Shown here piece by piece: positions 9,247 through 19,059 of a stretch of DNA of 64,000 nt. This DNA is from Shigella phage ESh26. Made by a program: the position numbers and the translations under genes. The stretch is taken from sequence record ON528736. One strand, 5' to 3'. The notes under the pieces were generated by a model that was given only the letters and a program-made list of their open reading frames with translations, had not been told where the DNA came from and ran no database searches. Each line of letters begins with the position of its first letter. Position 1 is the stretch's first letter.

Positions 9247-10673
9247 TAAAATTTTAATTCATTTGCCAAAGCATCTAACTGAGCTCGAGCGGATTCGTTT
9301 CTTTGATAGCGATTCTGTTCAGCCTGAATCTGCTGTGAACCTGCTACTTCGTTCACTTCGGTTGGAGTAGAATCTTGCTCAATTTCTACCCATTTCTGAT
9401 TTCCTTTTTGAACACCCATCAAAAACTTATTCCATTTATTCTTATCACCGTATCGTGATTTGATTTGCTTAATGAGTTGTTGTTCAGCAGCTGCTAGCTC
9501 CTCGGTTTCAATGACCGCAAGCATAAAATCAGCTGTTGCTGGAAGACCGGCAGATTCTGCAATATCGCTCATGTTAACATCAGAAGAGTCCCAAGCTTGC
9601 TTACCAACCTGTGCTGCAGTCCAAAGAACAGTTTCGGTTTCAACAGCCAGAGCACGCAATTCCTCTGCGATAGCTTTAACAGTCGTGTAACTATTTTCTG
9701 AATAAACTCTGATGCGGCAAGATTTACAAATACCCAGATAGTCAACAATAATGATTGTTGGAACAAAATTCTTCTTGAGCTTTAATTCATTTAAAAGCGA
9801 CCGAAATGTATTAGCGTCTGCTCCACCAGTAGGATATTGCTTAACGATTAAACGACCGAGAGTAGATTTCTCACGCCATTTTTCCATTTTTCCTTTATAC
9901 TCAGCGTAAGAAATATGCCCATCATCAATGTCATCAAGGGAAACATCAAGCATATTAGCATCAATACGTTTAGCACAAACTTCTTCTGCCATTTCCATGG
10001 AAATGTAAAGAACATTGTGTCCGAGCTGCAAATAATCTGCTGCCAATGAACACAATCCTAATGACTTGCCAACGTTAACACCGGCCATTAAAACGTTCAG
10101 TGTTCCAGTTTCAGCTCCGCCTTTAGTAATTTTATTTAGAATTTTGAGTTTAAATGGAACCTTACGAGCTTTATTCATATAAGATAGCCAACGTGCTTCG
10201 TAGTCATCCATCCAATCATGACCAACGTAACTATCAAATGAAATTGATAATGCTTGGCGCATGATGTCAGGAATAGCACCAACATCCGGCATTTTCTTAT
10301 TTCGTTTTTCTGGAGGAAGCTCAGCATTAGTTTGAATTTCAATTATTTTAGACGTAGCATTAAACATCGCCCTTTGCTGAACATATTTTTCTGTTTCTTT
10401 TACTAACCAGCTGTGGTCTTCTGGAGAATCGGCTAGTTTCGAAATAAGTGTTTTTACACCAGAATATTCTGTTTCAGTAAATGAACTATTTTCTAATGCA
10501 ACATTTAACGCATTAATAGATGGAACGCTATGGTATTCATTAACATGAGATTTAATTAATTTGAATGTATTTTTAGCTGGACCACTTTCAAAATATTCTG
10601 AATCCATATATGGCCAAACTTTTGAAAAATAAGCTTGATCAAATATGAGATGAGAAAGAATAATTTCTACCAC
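9246..10673 (-). CDS. 41: replicative DNA helicase gp41
   Basis: 475 aa; Walker A GVNVGKS; matches remembered T4 gp41 along whole length. Confidence 0.95.
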   Translation of the reverse strand: MVEIILSHLIFDQAYFSKVWPYMDSEYFESGPAKNTFKLIKSHVNEYHSVPSINALNVALENSSFTETEYSGVKTLISKLADSPEDHSWLVKETEKYVQQRAMFNATSKIIEIQTNAELPPEKRNKKMPDVGAIPDIMRQALSISFDSYVGHDWMDDYEARWLSYMNKARKVPFKLKILNKITKGGAETGTLNVLMAGVNVGKSLGLCSLAADYLQLGHNVLYISMEMAEEVCAKRIDANMLDVSLDDIDDGHISYAEYKGKMEKWREKSTLGRLIVKQYPTGGADANTFRSLLNELKLKKNFVPTIIIVDYLGICKSCRIRVYSENSYTTVKAIAEELRALAVETETVLWTAAQVGKQAWDSSDVNMSDIAESAGLPATADFMLAVIETEELAAAEQQLIKQIKSRYGDKNKWNKFLMGVQKGNQKWVEIEQDSTPTEVNEVAGSQQIQAEQNRYQRNESARAQLDALANELKF

Positions 10674-10682
10674 ACTTACTCC

Positions 10683-11045
10683 TTAAAAGAATTTAAATTT
10701 TTTCTTTGACCTTTTATTAAATGCATCTTGTAGTTGCATTGTAATACATTTTTCTACATGAGGAGCTAACTCAGCTTTTCTTTCTTGGTCAAGAACAGCA
10801 AAGTCCATTACGACTTTTCCATCAACCCAATCTAATTTTGTCACATACACAATGTGTGTAGAACCGTCTTCTAGTTTAATGACAATCTCCTGGATAACAT
10901 TTTCCATGGCAGATTTAATTATCTTAAGAGATTCATTAAAAAGACGTTCTTTTCTTTCTTCTTCCCCCTCCGAAGAGGGGGATTCATCGATAATTTCTAG
11001 ATCTAAATCTAAATCATCTTTATTCATTAAATTCTTCCATATCAC
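10683..11045 (-). CDS. 40: head assembly factor gp40
   Basis: 120-aa ORF between uvsX and 41. Confidence 0.65.
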   Translation of the reverse strand: MIWKNLMNKDDLDLDLEIIDESPSSEGEEERKERLFNESLKIIKSAMENVIQEIVIKLEDGSTHIVYVTKLDWVDGKVVMDFAVLDQERKAELAPHVEKCITMQLQDAFNKRSKKKFKFF

Positions 11046-12201
11046 TTAACTGATCTAGGTCAGTTTCTAAATCAGCTGCTGATTTACTTTTACTTTCTGG
11101 AGATTTAAATTTTTCAACCTTTGAGTTAATCAATTCATCAACTTCAGCTTCAACAATTTCATTACTATCAATAGCACCTAACTGATAAGCACGTTTAATA
11201 GCATCTCGGAATGGCTGATGCTTAAATAAAGGACCCCAGAATGTAGTGCAGTTGGTATCTTTTGCACGCCAAGATTTTTCTTCGCGAATCATCTCACCGG
11301 TTTCTTCGTCAAGAAATTCACGAGCATACCAGCCATTTTTAGGTTTTACCACAAATCCTAATTCTAGAGCCATATCTAACAATCCAGAATAAGGATCGAT
11401 GCCACCGTCAAATTTAACATCAATAAAGAATTTACTTTTTTCTTTAACGGTACGAGATTTTTCTACATTTAGAACAAATTGATACCCCTGAAGATCAGAA
11501 CCATCTTTAATCTGGCGCTTACCGATAATGAATACGGTATCAGCCGAATACATTACGCCTGTACCACCTGTCATCACGGTTTTACTAAACATTTCAATTG
11601 TTTCAATTGTATGGTTAACCGCAACGCATGGAATGTTTTTAATACTAAAATAAGGAGTAACAATACGGAATAATGACTTCAGTGATTTAGCACGAGTCAT
11701 ATCTGCTACAGATTTTTCATTCAAGGCATCTTCCGTTTCTTTCTTAGAAGCCATATTACCGATTGAGTCGATGAATACAATAACTTTTTCACCGCGCTCA
11801 ATAGCTTCAAGCTGATTCACCATATCAATTTTCAGCTGTTCAACTGACTGAATTGGTGTATGAATTACTCGTTCCGGGTCAACTCCCATGGATCGCAAAT
11901 AAGCTGGAGTAATACCAAATTCGCTATCATAAAATAGACAAACCGCGTCAGGATATTTGTTCAAATACGCCGCAACCATAGTCAAAGACATATTTGATTT
12001 AAAGTGTTTAGAAGGACCTGCAAAAATGGTTAAACCAGACTGCATACCACCATCAATCGCACCAGAAATAGCGATATTAAGCATTGGGATTTTTGTACGG
12101 ATTACATCCTTTTCATTAAAGAATTTAGATGCAGTCAGTTCAGCAGTCATTTTAGAAGTGGAAGCTTTAATCAAACGGGATTTTAAATCTGCAATAGACA
12201 T
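11020..12201 (-). CDS. uvsX: RecA-like recombinase UvsX
   Basis: 393 aa; MSIADLKSRLIKASTSKMTAE..., RecA fold motifs. Confidence 0.95.
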   Translation of the reverse strand: MSIADLKSRLIKASTSKMTAELTASKFFNEKDVIRTKIPMLNIAISGAIDGGMQSGLTIFAGPSKHFKSNMSLTMVAAYLNKYPDAVCLFYDSEFGITPAYLRSMGVDPERVIHTPIQSVEQLKIDMVNQLEAIERGEKVIVFIDSIGNMASKKETEDALNEKSVADMTRAKSLKSLFRIVTPYFSIKNIPCVAVNHTIETIEMFSKTVMTGGTGVMYSADTVFIIGKRQIKDGSDLQGYQFVLNVEKSRTVKEKSKFFIDVKFDGGIDPYSGLLDMALELGFVVKPKNGWYAREFLDEETGEMIREEKSWRAKDTNCTTFWGPLFKHQPFRDAIKRAYQLGAIDSNEIVEAEVDELINSKVEKFKSPESKSKSAADLETDLDQLSDMEEFNE

Positions 12202-12278
12202 TCATTTTTTCCATAGGCATCATTATATTTTCCTCACTGGTTAAAGATAGAGTAATTATAACACAATAAATTTAGGCA

Positions 12279-13127
12279 TTAATCGACTGCTATTGGATGA
12301 ATAGCATTAAACTTATGAAACGCTTCTGATTTTTCTTTGCGTGAAACACACATGCGAAGAACCTTTAATGGCTCGTCTTCTTCACCCAACGATTTTCTCT
12401 TTTCGATATTCGATGTTTTCCAACGAGCTTGCTCTGGAAACTCTCTATTGATTTGCTCAAGAGCTCTATTATGTTTTGAATTACTACGAATTGAACTACA
12501 TCCGCCAGGAGCTTGTGCTTTTCCAGATACAACCAGATATTTGAACAAGGCCAAATGCGGATAACCTTGATTAATTAAATTGAGAAATGCATACATATCT
12601 TCGCATAAATCAATTTTTCCATACCCAATTTGTTCTGTCGTGAGTTTTCCAAGGTCATACCATGTATTCGTGAATCCATATGAATTTTCACGATAATTAC
12701 CCCAAGATGAAGTAATTTTAAAAATTGGTAGACGAGCATGGCCATGATAATACCCACAATCCATGGCATCTTCAACGTATTGAATCAATTCATAGAACTG
12801 TTCACGAGTTAATTGATTAATTTTATCTACACAGCGACGATCATCTTTCTTTCGCATTGAACTCATACGAATAGTAGTATCATCGTCAATCATCCAGATT
12901 CGTTGACCTGCATACATATCAGTAATTGCTTTACGAGTACCAGCAATTCCATTAACATCATCAGGAATAGTTATAATTTTGGCTTTAGACCCGTAAGCGT
13001 CATAATAAGCTTTTTCTTCGTGTTCACGTACTACAATATGAGGTTCATAATCAGTCGGAAACATATCAAGGGCAGAAACTGCCCCTACGCGTTGATAGCT
13101 TGGAATTACGAATTGAATCATTTCCAC
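12279..13127 (-). CDS. glycosyltransferase, GT-A-like; candidate beta-glucosyl-HMC-alpha-glucosyltransferase
   Basis: 282 aa with DxD-type motif RIWMIDDDTT; sits where T4 has 351-aa beta-gt. Confidence 0.55.
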   Translation of the reverse strand: MEMIQFVIPSYQRVGAVSALDMFPTDYEPHIVVREHEEKAYYDAYGSKAKIITIPDDVNGIAGTRKAITDMYAGQRIWMIDDDTTIRMSSMRKKDDRRCVDKINQLTREQFYELIQYVEDAMDCGYYHGHARLPIFKITSSWGNYRENSYGFTNTWYDLGKLTTEQIGYGKIDLCEDMYAFLNLINQGYPHLALFKYLVVSGKAQAPGGCSSIRSNSKHNRALEQINREFPEQARWKTSNIEKRKSLGEEDEPLKVLRMCVSRKEKSEAFHKFNAIHPIAVD

Positions 13128-13858
13128 TCACCATTATAATCTTTTTTCACAATATGAGTTTCGCCAGTATTCCACCAATGATCAACCAAGTAAAAATGAC
13201 GAGAATATACATGAAGACTTCCAACATTCCATATAATAGAACCTGCTTTATACTGACGAGTTGAATCACCTGCATTCAAATCAGATACTAATTTATCTAG
13301 TACGTATTTTTGCCATGCATAATCATTACGGAATCCGAAGACAACGTCATTTGAACGCATGCTCACTACTGCATTGACTTTCTTATCACGAATCAGGTAC
13401 TGTACTGTATTCGTACACATGAAATCTGACATACCATCTTTATTGTAGTCAAACTGCATGGATGGACGAGTATAAATCATGATACCGCGTCGAGAATCAG
13501 GATTTTGACCAAGTTCAGCTAAACACATATCATATTGGGCATAGTTATCTTCTGACCAGATGGCCCAACCATAATTCGAATTAATTTCGCCTTTAGAAGA
13601 TGCTACCTGTTGCCAAATCTTCGGTGTTTCACCTGGAATATCTTTAACAAACAAACTTTTAGATTTATACCATTCAAGTTCACGCTGAATGTATTCATCA
13701 TTAAGAGCGCCAAAAATAAATGGTTCATCTGCTACAAATGATGCGCCAATAATTTCAATAGTTTTAACGCCAGTTTTATCAACTACGAAATCTTTTTCCT
13801 TTAATGCAAGCCCCAAATGAAGACGGATTTCTTCAACTGTCATAGAGTCACTAATCAT
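13118..13858 (-). CDS. 42: dCMP hydroxymethylase gp42
   Basis: 246 aa; thymidylate-synthase-like; T4 gp42 size and sequence. Confidence 0.95.
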   Translation of the reverse strand: MISDSMTVEEIRLHLGLALKEKDFVVDKTGVKTIEIIGASFVADEPFIFGALNDEYIQRELEWYKSKSLFVKDIPGETPKIWQQVASSKGEINSNYGWAIWSEDNYAQYDMCLAELGQNPDSRRGIMIYTRPSMQFDYNKDGMSDFMCTNTVQYLIRDKKVNAVVSMRSNDVVFGFRNDYAWQKYVLDKLVSDLNAGDSTRQYKAGSIIWNVGSLHVYSRHFYLVDHWWNTGETHIVKKDYNGEWK

Positions 13859-13865
13859 TTAAACC

Positions 13866-14015
13866 TCAATTGATACATTCATATTTAACTTGTAACAGTA
13901 ATAAACCCCAACCTATAATAAGTGTCGGAATCATACAAGGAACCGTTACGCTATAGTATATACTTATTATAATCATCAAGATTAAAAGCAATACTGCTAA
14001 AATTTTGCTTTTCAT
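13866..14015 (-). CDS. small membrane protein
   Basis: 49-aa ORF MKSKILAVLLLILMIIISIYYSV... below table cutoff; ATGA overlap with imm stop. Confidence 0.3.
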   Translation of the reverse strand: MKSKILAVLLLILMIIISIYYSVTVPCMIPTLIIGWGLLLLQVKYECIN

Positions 14016-14263
14016 TCCTTCTCTCTGATGATAATTACTTGATTCGGTTGTGCAGATTTTTTAGTTTCACCCGCAATTGACCAAATAAATGTAATAAACC
14101 AACCAATAATTGACCAATTAAACAGTAAAGATGTGAAAAAGATTCCTACTGTCGATTTTGACCCACGCATCAAGGCGATGAACCACGGAAGCATGTATAT
14201 AATGATAGCCAACACGCCTGAAACTAAAACCATAAAAATTGAACCTGCTACTAAAGTTTCCAT
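14012..14263 (-). CDS. imm: immunity (superinfection exclusion) membrane protein
   Basis: 83 aa, two TM segments, position after gene 42. Confidence 0.6.
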   Translation of the reverse strand: METLVAGSIFMVLVSGVLAIIIYMLPWFIALMRGSKSTVGIFFTSLLFNWSIIGWFITFIWSIAGETKKSAQPNQVIIIREKE

Positions 14264-14270
14264 GTTTTCC

Positions 14271-14651
14271 TCACTTAGTCAAATTTTTTACACATGAATT
14301 ATAAGAATTCACTACATACTCCATCGGAGCATTTTTACCGGTACGCCATTGGTAATTATTAGCCCAATTAGCCCAAAGTTCGGCGCAGTAGTTTTCAATT
14401 TTTTCTTCGCGTGTAATTACATCTGAATTACGATATGCTTGAGCAGATTCATCTGGACGAATAGCTTCGTCAAAATTCGCCTGCATTTGTTCTACTGTCT
14501 GTTTTGGAGCTTCTTTATAACACTTGACGTTAGGATTATAAAATTTGCTTGAACAGTTTACAATTTTTCCTACATCAGATTGATTTACTACCGGTCCTTG
14601 AGCTACACAGCCAGTAAGACCCAATGTAATAACCAAAATAGCAATTTTCAT
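14271..14651 (-). CDS. lipoprotein
   Basis: 126 aa; lipobox LTGC in MKIAILVITLGLTGCVAQ. Confidence 0.55.
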   Translation of the reverse strand: MKIAILVITLGLTGCVAQGPVVNQSDVGKIVNCSSKFYNPNVKCYKEAPKQTVEQMQANFDEAIRPDESAQAYRNSDVITREEKIENYCAELWANWANNYQWRTGKNAPMEYVVNSYNSCVKNLTK

Positions 14652-14661
14652 AATAATTTCC

Positions 14662-14919
14662 TCAAATACAAGCAGTAATTACTCCAGTAGTGCTTACACA
14701 GGTATTACCTAATTGAACACCAAGCGTTCCATTAGTATTCATATGAAGATTATCATCAATTTTTGTTGATACTTTACCATTCATGTGAATAACAGTATTA
14801 GATTCAATCACATTCTGAGTGTCATTTTCAATATCAATAAATGGAACAGCTGCTAATGCAACTAGAACAACTGCTAATGCAACTAAACACGCTGCTAAAC
14901 AACCATAAACAATTTTCAT
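14662..14919 (-). CDS. small membrane protein
   Basis: Start moved to MKIVYGCLAACLVALAVVLVALAAV because promoter 14952-14985 and terminator lie inside the longer ORF; GGAG RBS. Confidence 0.5.
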   Translation of the reverse strand: MKIVYGCLAACLVALAVVLVALAAVPFIDIENDTQNVIESNTVIHMNGKVSTKIDDNLHMNTNGTLGVQLGNTCVSTTGVITACI

Positions 14920-14951
14920 TTTATTCTCCAAATCCGTATCAGTTGATAGTT

Positions 14952-14985
14952 GTATAGTACCATGGAAGAACAGAGATGTAAACCG
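14952..14985 (-). promoter_or_regulatory. early promoter, conserved cassette copy
   Basis: gtaaac 14978-14983, atagta 14954-14959; near-identical to copies at 41413-41446 and 56596-56630. Confidence 0.6.
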
Positions 14986-15066
14986 TTTTGTGAAAAAATT
15001 TTTAATGAATTTACAGGACCTAGAATCATCTATTTTTCCTAAGTATAGATTTATATTACTTGTATG

Positions 15067-15087
15067 AAAAAGGGACCCGGAGGTCCC
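15067..15087 (-). terminator. intrinsic terminator after gene 43
   Basis: Hairpin gggacc-cgga-ggtccc with U-run. Confidence 0.65.
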
Positions 15088-15100
15088 TAGATTTATTCTA

Positions 15101-17797
15101 TCAGCCAAACAGGAAGTCTAACGAAGCTTTTTCCTCATAGTCCATACCTGCCGATTCACACATACCCGCAAGCGGTTTAACAAACGATTTTTGGAACAAA
15201 GTTGAGTAGTCAATCCAAGACAGTACGTCAGAACGAATTTCTTTTGGAAGTTCTGTACCCGATGGCCAAGCAATGCACTTATCACCAAATGGATTTCCTT
15301 CACGCAATGGAAGAACCATTACCTTATTTCCATCCAAAATTGGAGCTACACCTAAACCACTAACAGCTCGACGATAAGTTAGCACACCACGAATATGGAA
15401 CGGACATTTAAATCCTGGCCACCCTTTATCATCATATTTCGCTATATCGTTCGCAGTTTTTACTTCAGCAATAACTTTATAGTCAAGTTGACGATATTCT
15501 TTCTCAAAGTTCTTGTAATATTCTTGGACAGACTCTTCACCTTCCTGAAGAATACGACGAATACTTTCTTCGAGAGCTTCTTGTACTGCTTTTGGTGTTG
15601 AACTCTGTTGAGTTTCCATACCCATAATTTTTAGATGCGGTTCGGCAAATCGCTTATCTTCCATATCATAAACGTTCAGAGCATAACGTTTTTTCGCTTT
15701 CCAAAATCCACCAACACCCTTTGAACCAAGTGGAGGGCAAGAAATAGCTTCACGGTCCATATGCATCAGATGCTCGCGGTTATTCATATAATCACATAAC
15801 TCACGATATGCAACATCAATCATAGGTTCCATCTTTTTCTTACCAAACTGATTCATGAATTCAACTAAATCATTTTGTTCTTTAAAGCGATCAAGACCTA
15901 CTTTTTCAATAACTTTATCTACACAGACATATACCGAATCAGTATCACCTGCTGCGATGAAATCTTCACCATTAGTTCCACATACTTTATTCAGATATTC
16001 ATTAATTTTGCGAGCAATCCACTGAATACCGACTTGACCGAAAATTGTGATAGCAGTAGCATTTCGCAAATCATAGTAACGGAAATGAATATTACCAAGA
16101 GCACCATAAAGACTGTTAATAAGAATTTTACGGTTCAGCTGATTTGTGTTAGCAAGTGTAGCTGCTTTTTCACATTCTTCGATCAGACTATTAAGAACAG
16201 ATTCGGTGTAATTCGATAATTCGTTTAAGAAATCATCACTGAACTTAACATATCGTTCAACTTCTGGTTTAGTTGAGCAAGACCCTGCACCTTTCATAAT
16301 AATCTTTTTAATAGCTTCGGCATTCATTTCTTCCGCGAACATTTTCTTTTTCCAATCTTTACGCTGGAAAAATACTTTAGCGATTTCCTTTGGAATGATA
16401 CCTTCTTGGTGCTTATCATACATCCATCCATTCGGAGAGCAAGAATATTCATCACTTGGCTTAGGAGCTGTTCCTGCGATATATTCATGAATTGGATGAA
16501 CTTTAAACTGCCCGCGAATAGTCTCAGGACTAATGTTAACCTGACGAATAATGCTAGGATACAGAGACGTCAAGTCAAAACTCATAATGTATCGACGAGC
16601 AATCGGTTTAGGTTCAAATACAAATGCACCTGGAAAACTCTGTTTAACGTGCGAACCTTGTTGAGGAATAACCTTATGTTCACCTTTCAGTGAGTTAAAA
16701 ATAATAGCATCCCAAGTTTTAATAGGACTCATTACACCAGAAAAAGGCATTTTAGCGTAATAAGACATACTTAAAACTAGATCGATAAACCCACGAATTT
16801 TATCAATTGCTTGAACTGATTCTACGTCAATGATGTTATAACTAATGTATCGTTGATGATTAGTCTCACGAAGTTTATTAATAGGACCATCGTACGGCAA
16901 TTTACCTTTTTTGGTTTCATGTTGAGCAACTGATTCCAAAGAGAACGATGGCAAATTAGTAAATGCGAACTTCTTGTATAAATCTAAATAATCAAGAATA
17001 GATACGCCATCAATAGAATAAATTTCTTTGCTACCGTACATATTTTGAATTAGTTTAGATTTTACTCGACCGATTGGAGAGAAGCGTTTCATACTGCGTT
17101 CACCGAGAACCATTTTAACACGGTTCATGATATACGGAACGTCAAATCCCTCAATATTCCAACCAGTAAAAATAGCAGGTCGTTTCTGTTCCCAGAGATT
17201 AATATATTCCATGAGCATATCACGCTCATTATCGAATGGCATATAAATTACTCGGTCAAGAATTTCTTGAGGAACTTCATCACCACCTTCACAGTCAAGC
17301 TTAGCAGCTAACTTTGCATCCCATTTTGATACTGAACCGTACATTGAATTCAACAAATCAAAGACGTAAAAACGATCGTCAATTGAATCATAATGAGTGA
17401 TAGCATCAATTTCATATTCTGCTTTCATTGGGTCAGGAAATTTATCACCAGTAACCTCAATGTCACAGTTAGCTACACGAACAAATTTTCGGTCATAAAC
17501 AATTTCTGAACCATATGTATCACTGATATAAGCGAGTTTAAAATCGTTCATACCGAGAGCTTCGAGACCGATGTCTTCCATTCGCTTCATCCAGTCTCGT
17601 GCATCTTTCATTGATGGAAATTTTTGAGGAGCACAGTTTTTACCATAAATGTCTTTGTATTTTGACTCTTCCTTACAATGTCTAAACATAGTCGGAAGAT
17701 ATTCTACTTCACGAGTACGTTCCTTTCCGTTTTCATCAATATAACGCTCAACAATATTATTTCCGACTGTTTCGATAGAGATATAAAATTCTTTCAT
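15101..17797 (-). CDS. 43: DNA polymerase gp43
   Basis: 898 aa, family B polymerase with 3'-5' exonuclease; T4 gp43 size. Confidence 0.95.
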   Translation of the reverse strand: MKEFYISIETVGNNIVERYIDENGKERTREVEYLPTMFRHCKEESKYKDIYGKNCAPQKFPSMKDARDWMKRMEDIGLEALGMNDFKLAYISDTYGSEIVYDRKFVRVANCDIEVTGDKFPDPMKAEYEIDAITHYDSIDDRFYVFDLLNSMYGSVSKWDAKLAAKLDCEGGDEVPQEILDRVIYMPFDNERDMLMEYINLWEQKRPAIFTGWNIEGFDVPYIMNRVKMVLGERSMKRFSPIGRVKSKLIQNMYGSKEIYSIDGVSILDYLDLYKKFAFTNLPSFSLESVAQHETKKGKLPYDGPINKLRETNHQRYISYNIIDVESVQAIDKIRGFIDLVLSMSYYAKMPFSGVMSPIKTWDAIIFNSLKGEHKVIPQQGSHVKQSFPGAFVFEPKPIARRYIMSFDLTSLYPSIIRQVNISPETIRGQFKVHPIHEYIAGTAPKPSDEYSCSPNGWMYDKHQEGIIPKEIAKVFFQRKDWKKKMFAEEMNAEAIKKIIMKGAGSCSTKPEVERYVKFSDDFLNELSNYTESVLNSLIEECEKAATLANTNQLNRKILINSLYGALGNIHFRYYDLRNATAITIFGQVGIQWIARKINEYLNKVCGTNGEDFIAAGDTDSVYVCVDKVIEKVGLDRFKEQNDLVEFMNQFGKKKMEPMIDVAYRELCDYMNNREHLMHMDREAISCPPLGSKGVGGFWKAKKRYALNVYDMEDKRFAEPHLKIMGMETQQSSTPKAVQEALEESIRRILQEGEESVQEYYKNFEKEYRQLDYKVIAEVKTANDIAKYDDKGWPGFKCPFHIRGVLTYRRAVSGLGVAPILDGNKVMVLPLREGNPFGDKCIAWPSGTELPKEIRSDVLSWIDYSTLFQKSFVKPLAGMCESAGMDYEEKASLDFLFG

Positions 17798-17855
17798 AGA
17801 TATTCCTTAGTTTATAGCCCGAGTTATTAGGCTCTTAATATATTATACTCCAAAT

Positions 17856-17873
17856 AAGGGGCCGAAGCCCCTT
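17856..17873 (-). terminator. stable UUCG-loop hairpin (terminator or processing site)
   Basis: aaggggccgaagcccctt. Confidence 0.5.
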
Positions 17874-17877
17874 TGCT

Positions 17878-18114
17878 TTAAATTTCTATTGTACGACGCG
17901 ATATAACGGACTTGCCATCTTTATTTGTGGTTTTGATAATCGCATGAAATGCGAGCTGGTGCGGGTAAACTAATCGTTGGAATTCTTTTTGGAATTCTAT
18001 TTGTTTATCTTCCGGGAGGTCAAAAACCAGTTGGGTAGAAGACAGACCATATGTTTGTTTTAGATTTTCGAATATTAGAAAAGCTTCGGTAAACTGAATC
18101 TCTGATTGTGTCAT
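17878..18114 (-). CDS. hypothetical protein
   Basis: ORF between regA and 43; start set at internal MTQSEIQF to avoid overlap. Confidence 0.4.
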   Translation of the reverse strand: MTQSEIQFTEAFLIFENLKQTYGLSSTQLVFDLPEDKQIEFQKEFQRLVYPHQLAFHAIIKTTNKDGKSVISRRTIEI

Positions 18115-18124
18115 ATAATTTGCC

Positions 18125-18493
18125 TTAATTACCAATCGTATATTTAGGAACGAGTTTCCATTCGTGTTTTTGTTTAAAAGAAATAACTCGGAAGTTATTA
18201 GTTAAATCTTTCATAAAAGTTCTTTGACCAGGAACGATTTCAATCAGTCCCCAATCTTCTAACAGCCACGCAATCGAATCACGACGAACTTCATCTTCTT
18301 CTGTCATTTCAACCTGACGGCCATCCATACGAAGCATTTCTTTAAAATGAACGATATAGTATAGTCCTTTTTTCTGAAGAATATGACAGGACTGATACAG
18401 AACTTTATCTTTATTATTAGCAATTCCCATACGAGTCAAGGTTTCTTTTACTTTCAGAAAATCTTCAGGTTTTTTAAGAGTAATTTCAATCAT
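18125..18493 (-). CDS. regA: translational repressor RegA
   Basis: 122 aa, T4 RegA size and position. Confidence 0.85.
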   Translation of the reverse strand: MIEITLKKPEDFLKVKETLTRMGIANNKDKVLYQSCHILQKKGLYYIVHFKEMLRMDGRQVEMTEEDEVRRDSIAWLLEDWGLIEIVPGQRTFMKDLTNNFRVISFKQKHEWKLVPKYTIGN

Positions 18494-18494
18494 T

Positions 18495-19058
18495 TTACCA
18501 TTCCAATGCTAGTTTTTTGAGTTGTTTCTGTTCTTTTACATTCTTAGTCACTTCTTTCAAAAAATCATCCGTGACTAAACCTTTTAGTTCTTTTAATACT
18601 AAAGGAAGTTTTCCATTTTTAGTAAGAATTGATTTATAGTTAATTGCATCATTTGTATTAACTTGATACCGCTTAGCAAGTAACTTAATAATCAATACTT
18701 CGGTAGAATCTTCGACCAGTTTTGCCCATTTACCATATCTTTTACCACGAGGAACAGCAGCCATCAGATAATTAAAATGGGCTTCATCACTTAAACCTGA
18801 TCCAATTAAATTCATCGCATATACAGCTGGCATGCATTCAGGAAATTGTGATAATGCATTCTCAACCATGTATTTTGAATAATCTTTTTGAGCAATAGAG
18901 CATTTAGTTTTATTATTAATAGCTCCAATTATTTCAAAAAATTCATTTTCAGCTTTTTCCTTAAAAGAATCAGCAGCAGATTGGACAGCTGTCCAATCTT
19001 TTGAATACCAAGCAACTTGATGCTCGTTTAATTGAATATCATCTTCAAATAAGCTCAT
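18495..19058 (-). CDS. 62: clamp loader subunit gp62
   Basis: 187 aa, position. Confidence 0.85.
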   Translation of the reverse strand: MSLFEDDIQLNEHQVAWYSKDWTAVQSAADSFKEKAENEFFEIIGAINNKTKCSIAQKDYSKYMVENALSQFPECMPAVYAMNLIGSGLSDEAHFNYLMAAVPRGKRYGKWAKLVEDSTEVLIIKLLAKRYQVNTNDAINYKSILTKNGKLPLVLKELKGLVTDDFLKEVTKNVKEQKQLKKLALEW

Positions 19059-19059
19059 A

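Noticed and set aside
9460-9690. Plus-strand ORF inside gene 41
   Set aside because: Antisense shadow of a well-supported minus-strand gene; no RBS; the same applies to plus-strand ORFs at 11479-11673, 15395-16693, 20080-20496, 22072-22875, 31777-32388, 41513-42085 and others overlapping minus-strand genes
14662-15108. Full 148-aa ORF as listed
   Set aside because: Its 5' part spans the gene 43 terminator and an early promoter; gene shortened to start at 14919
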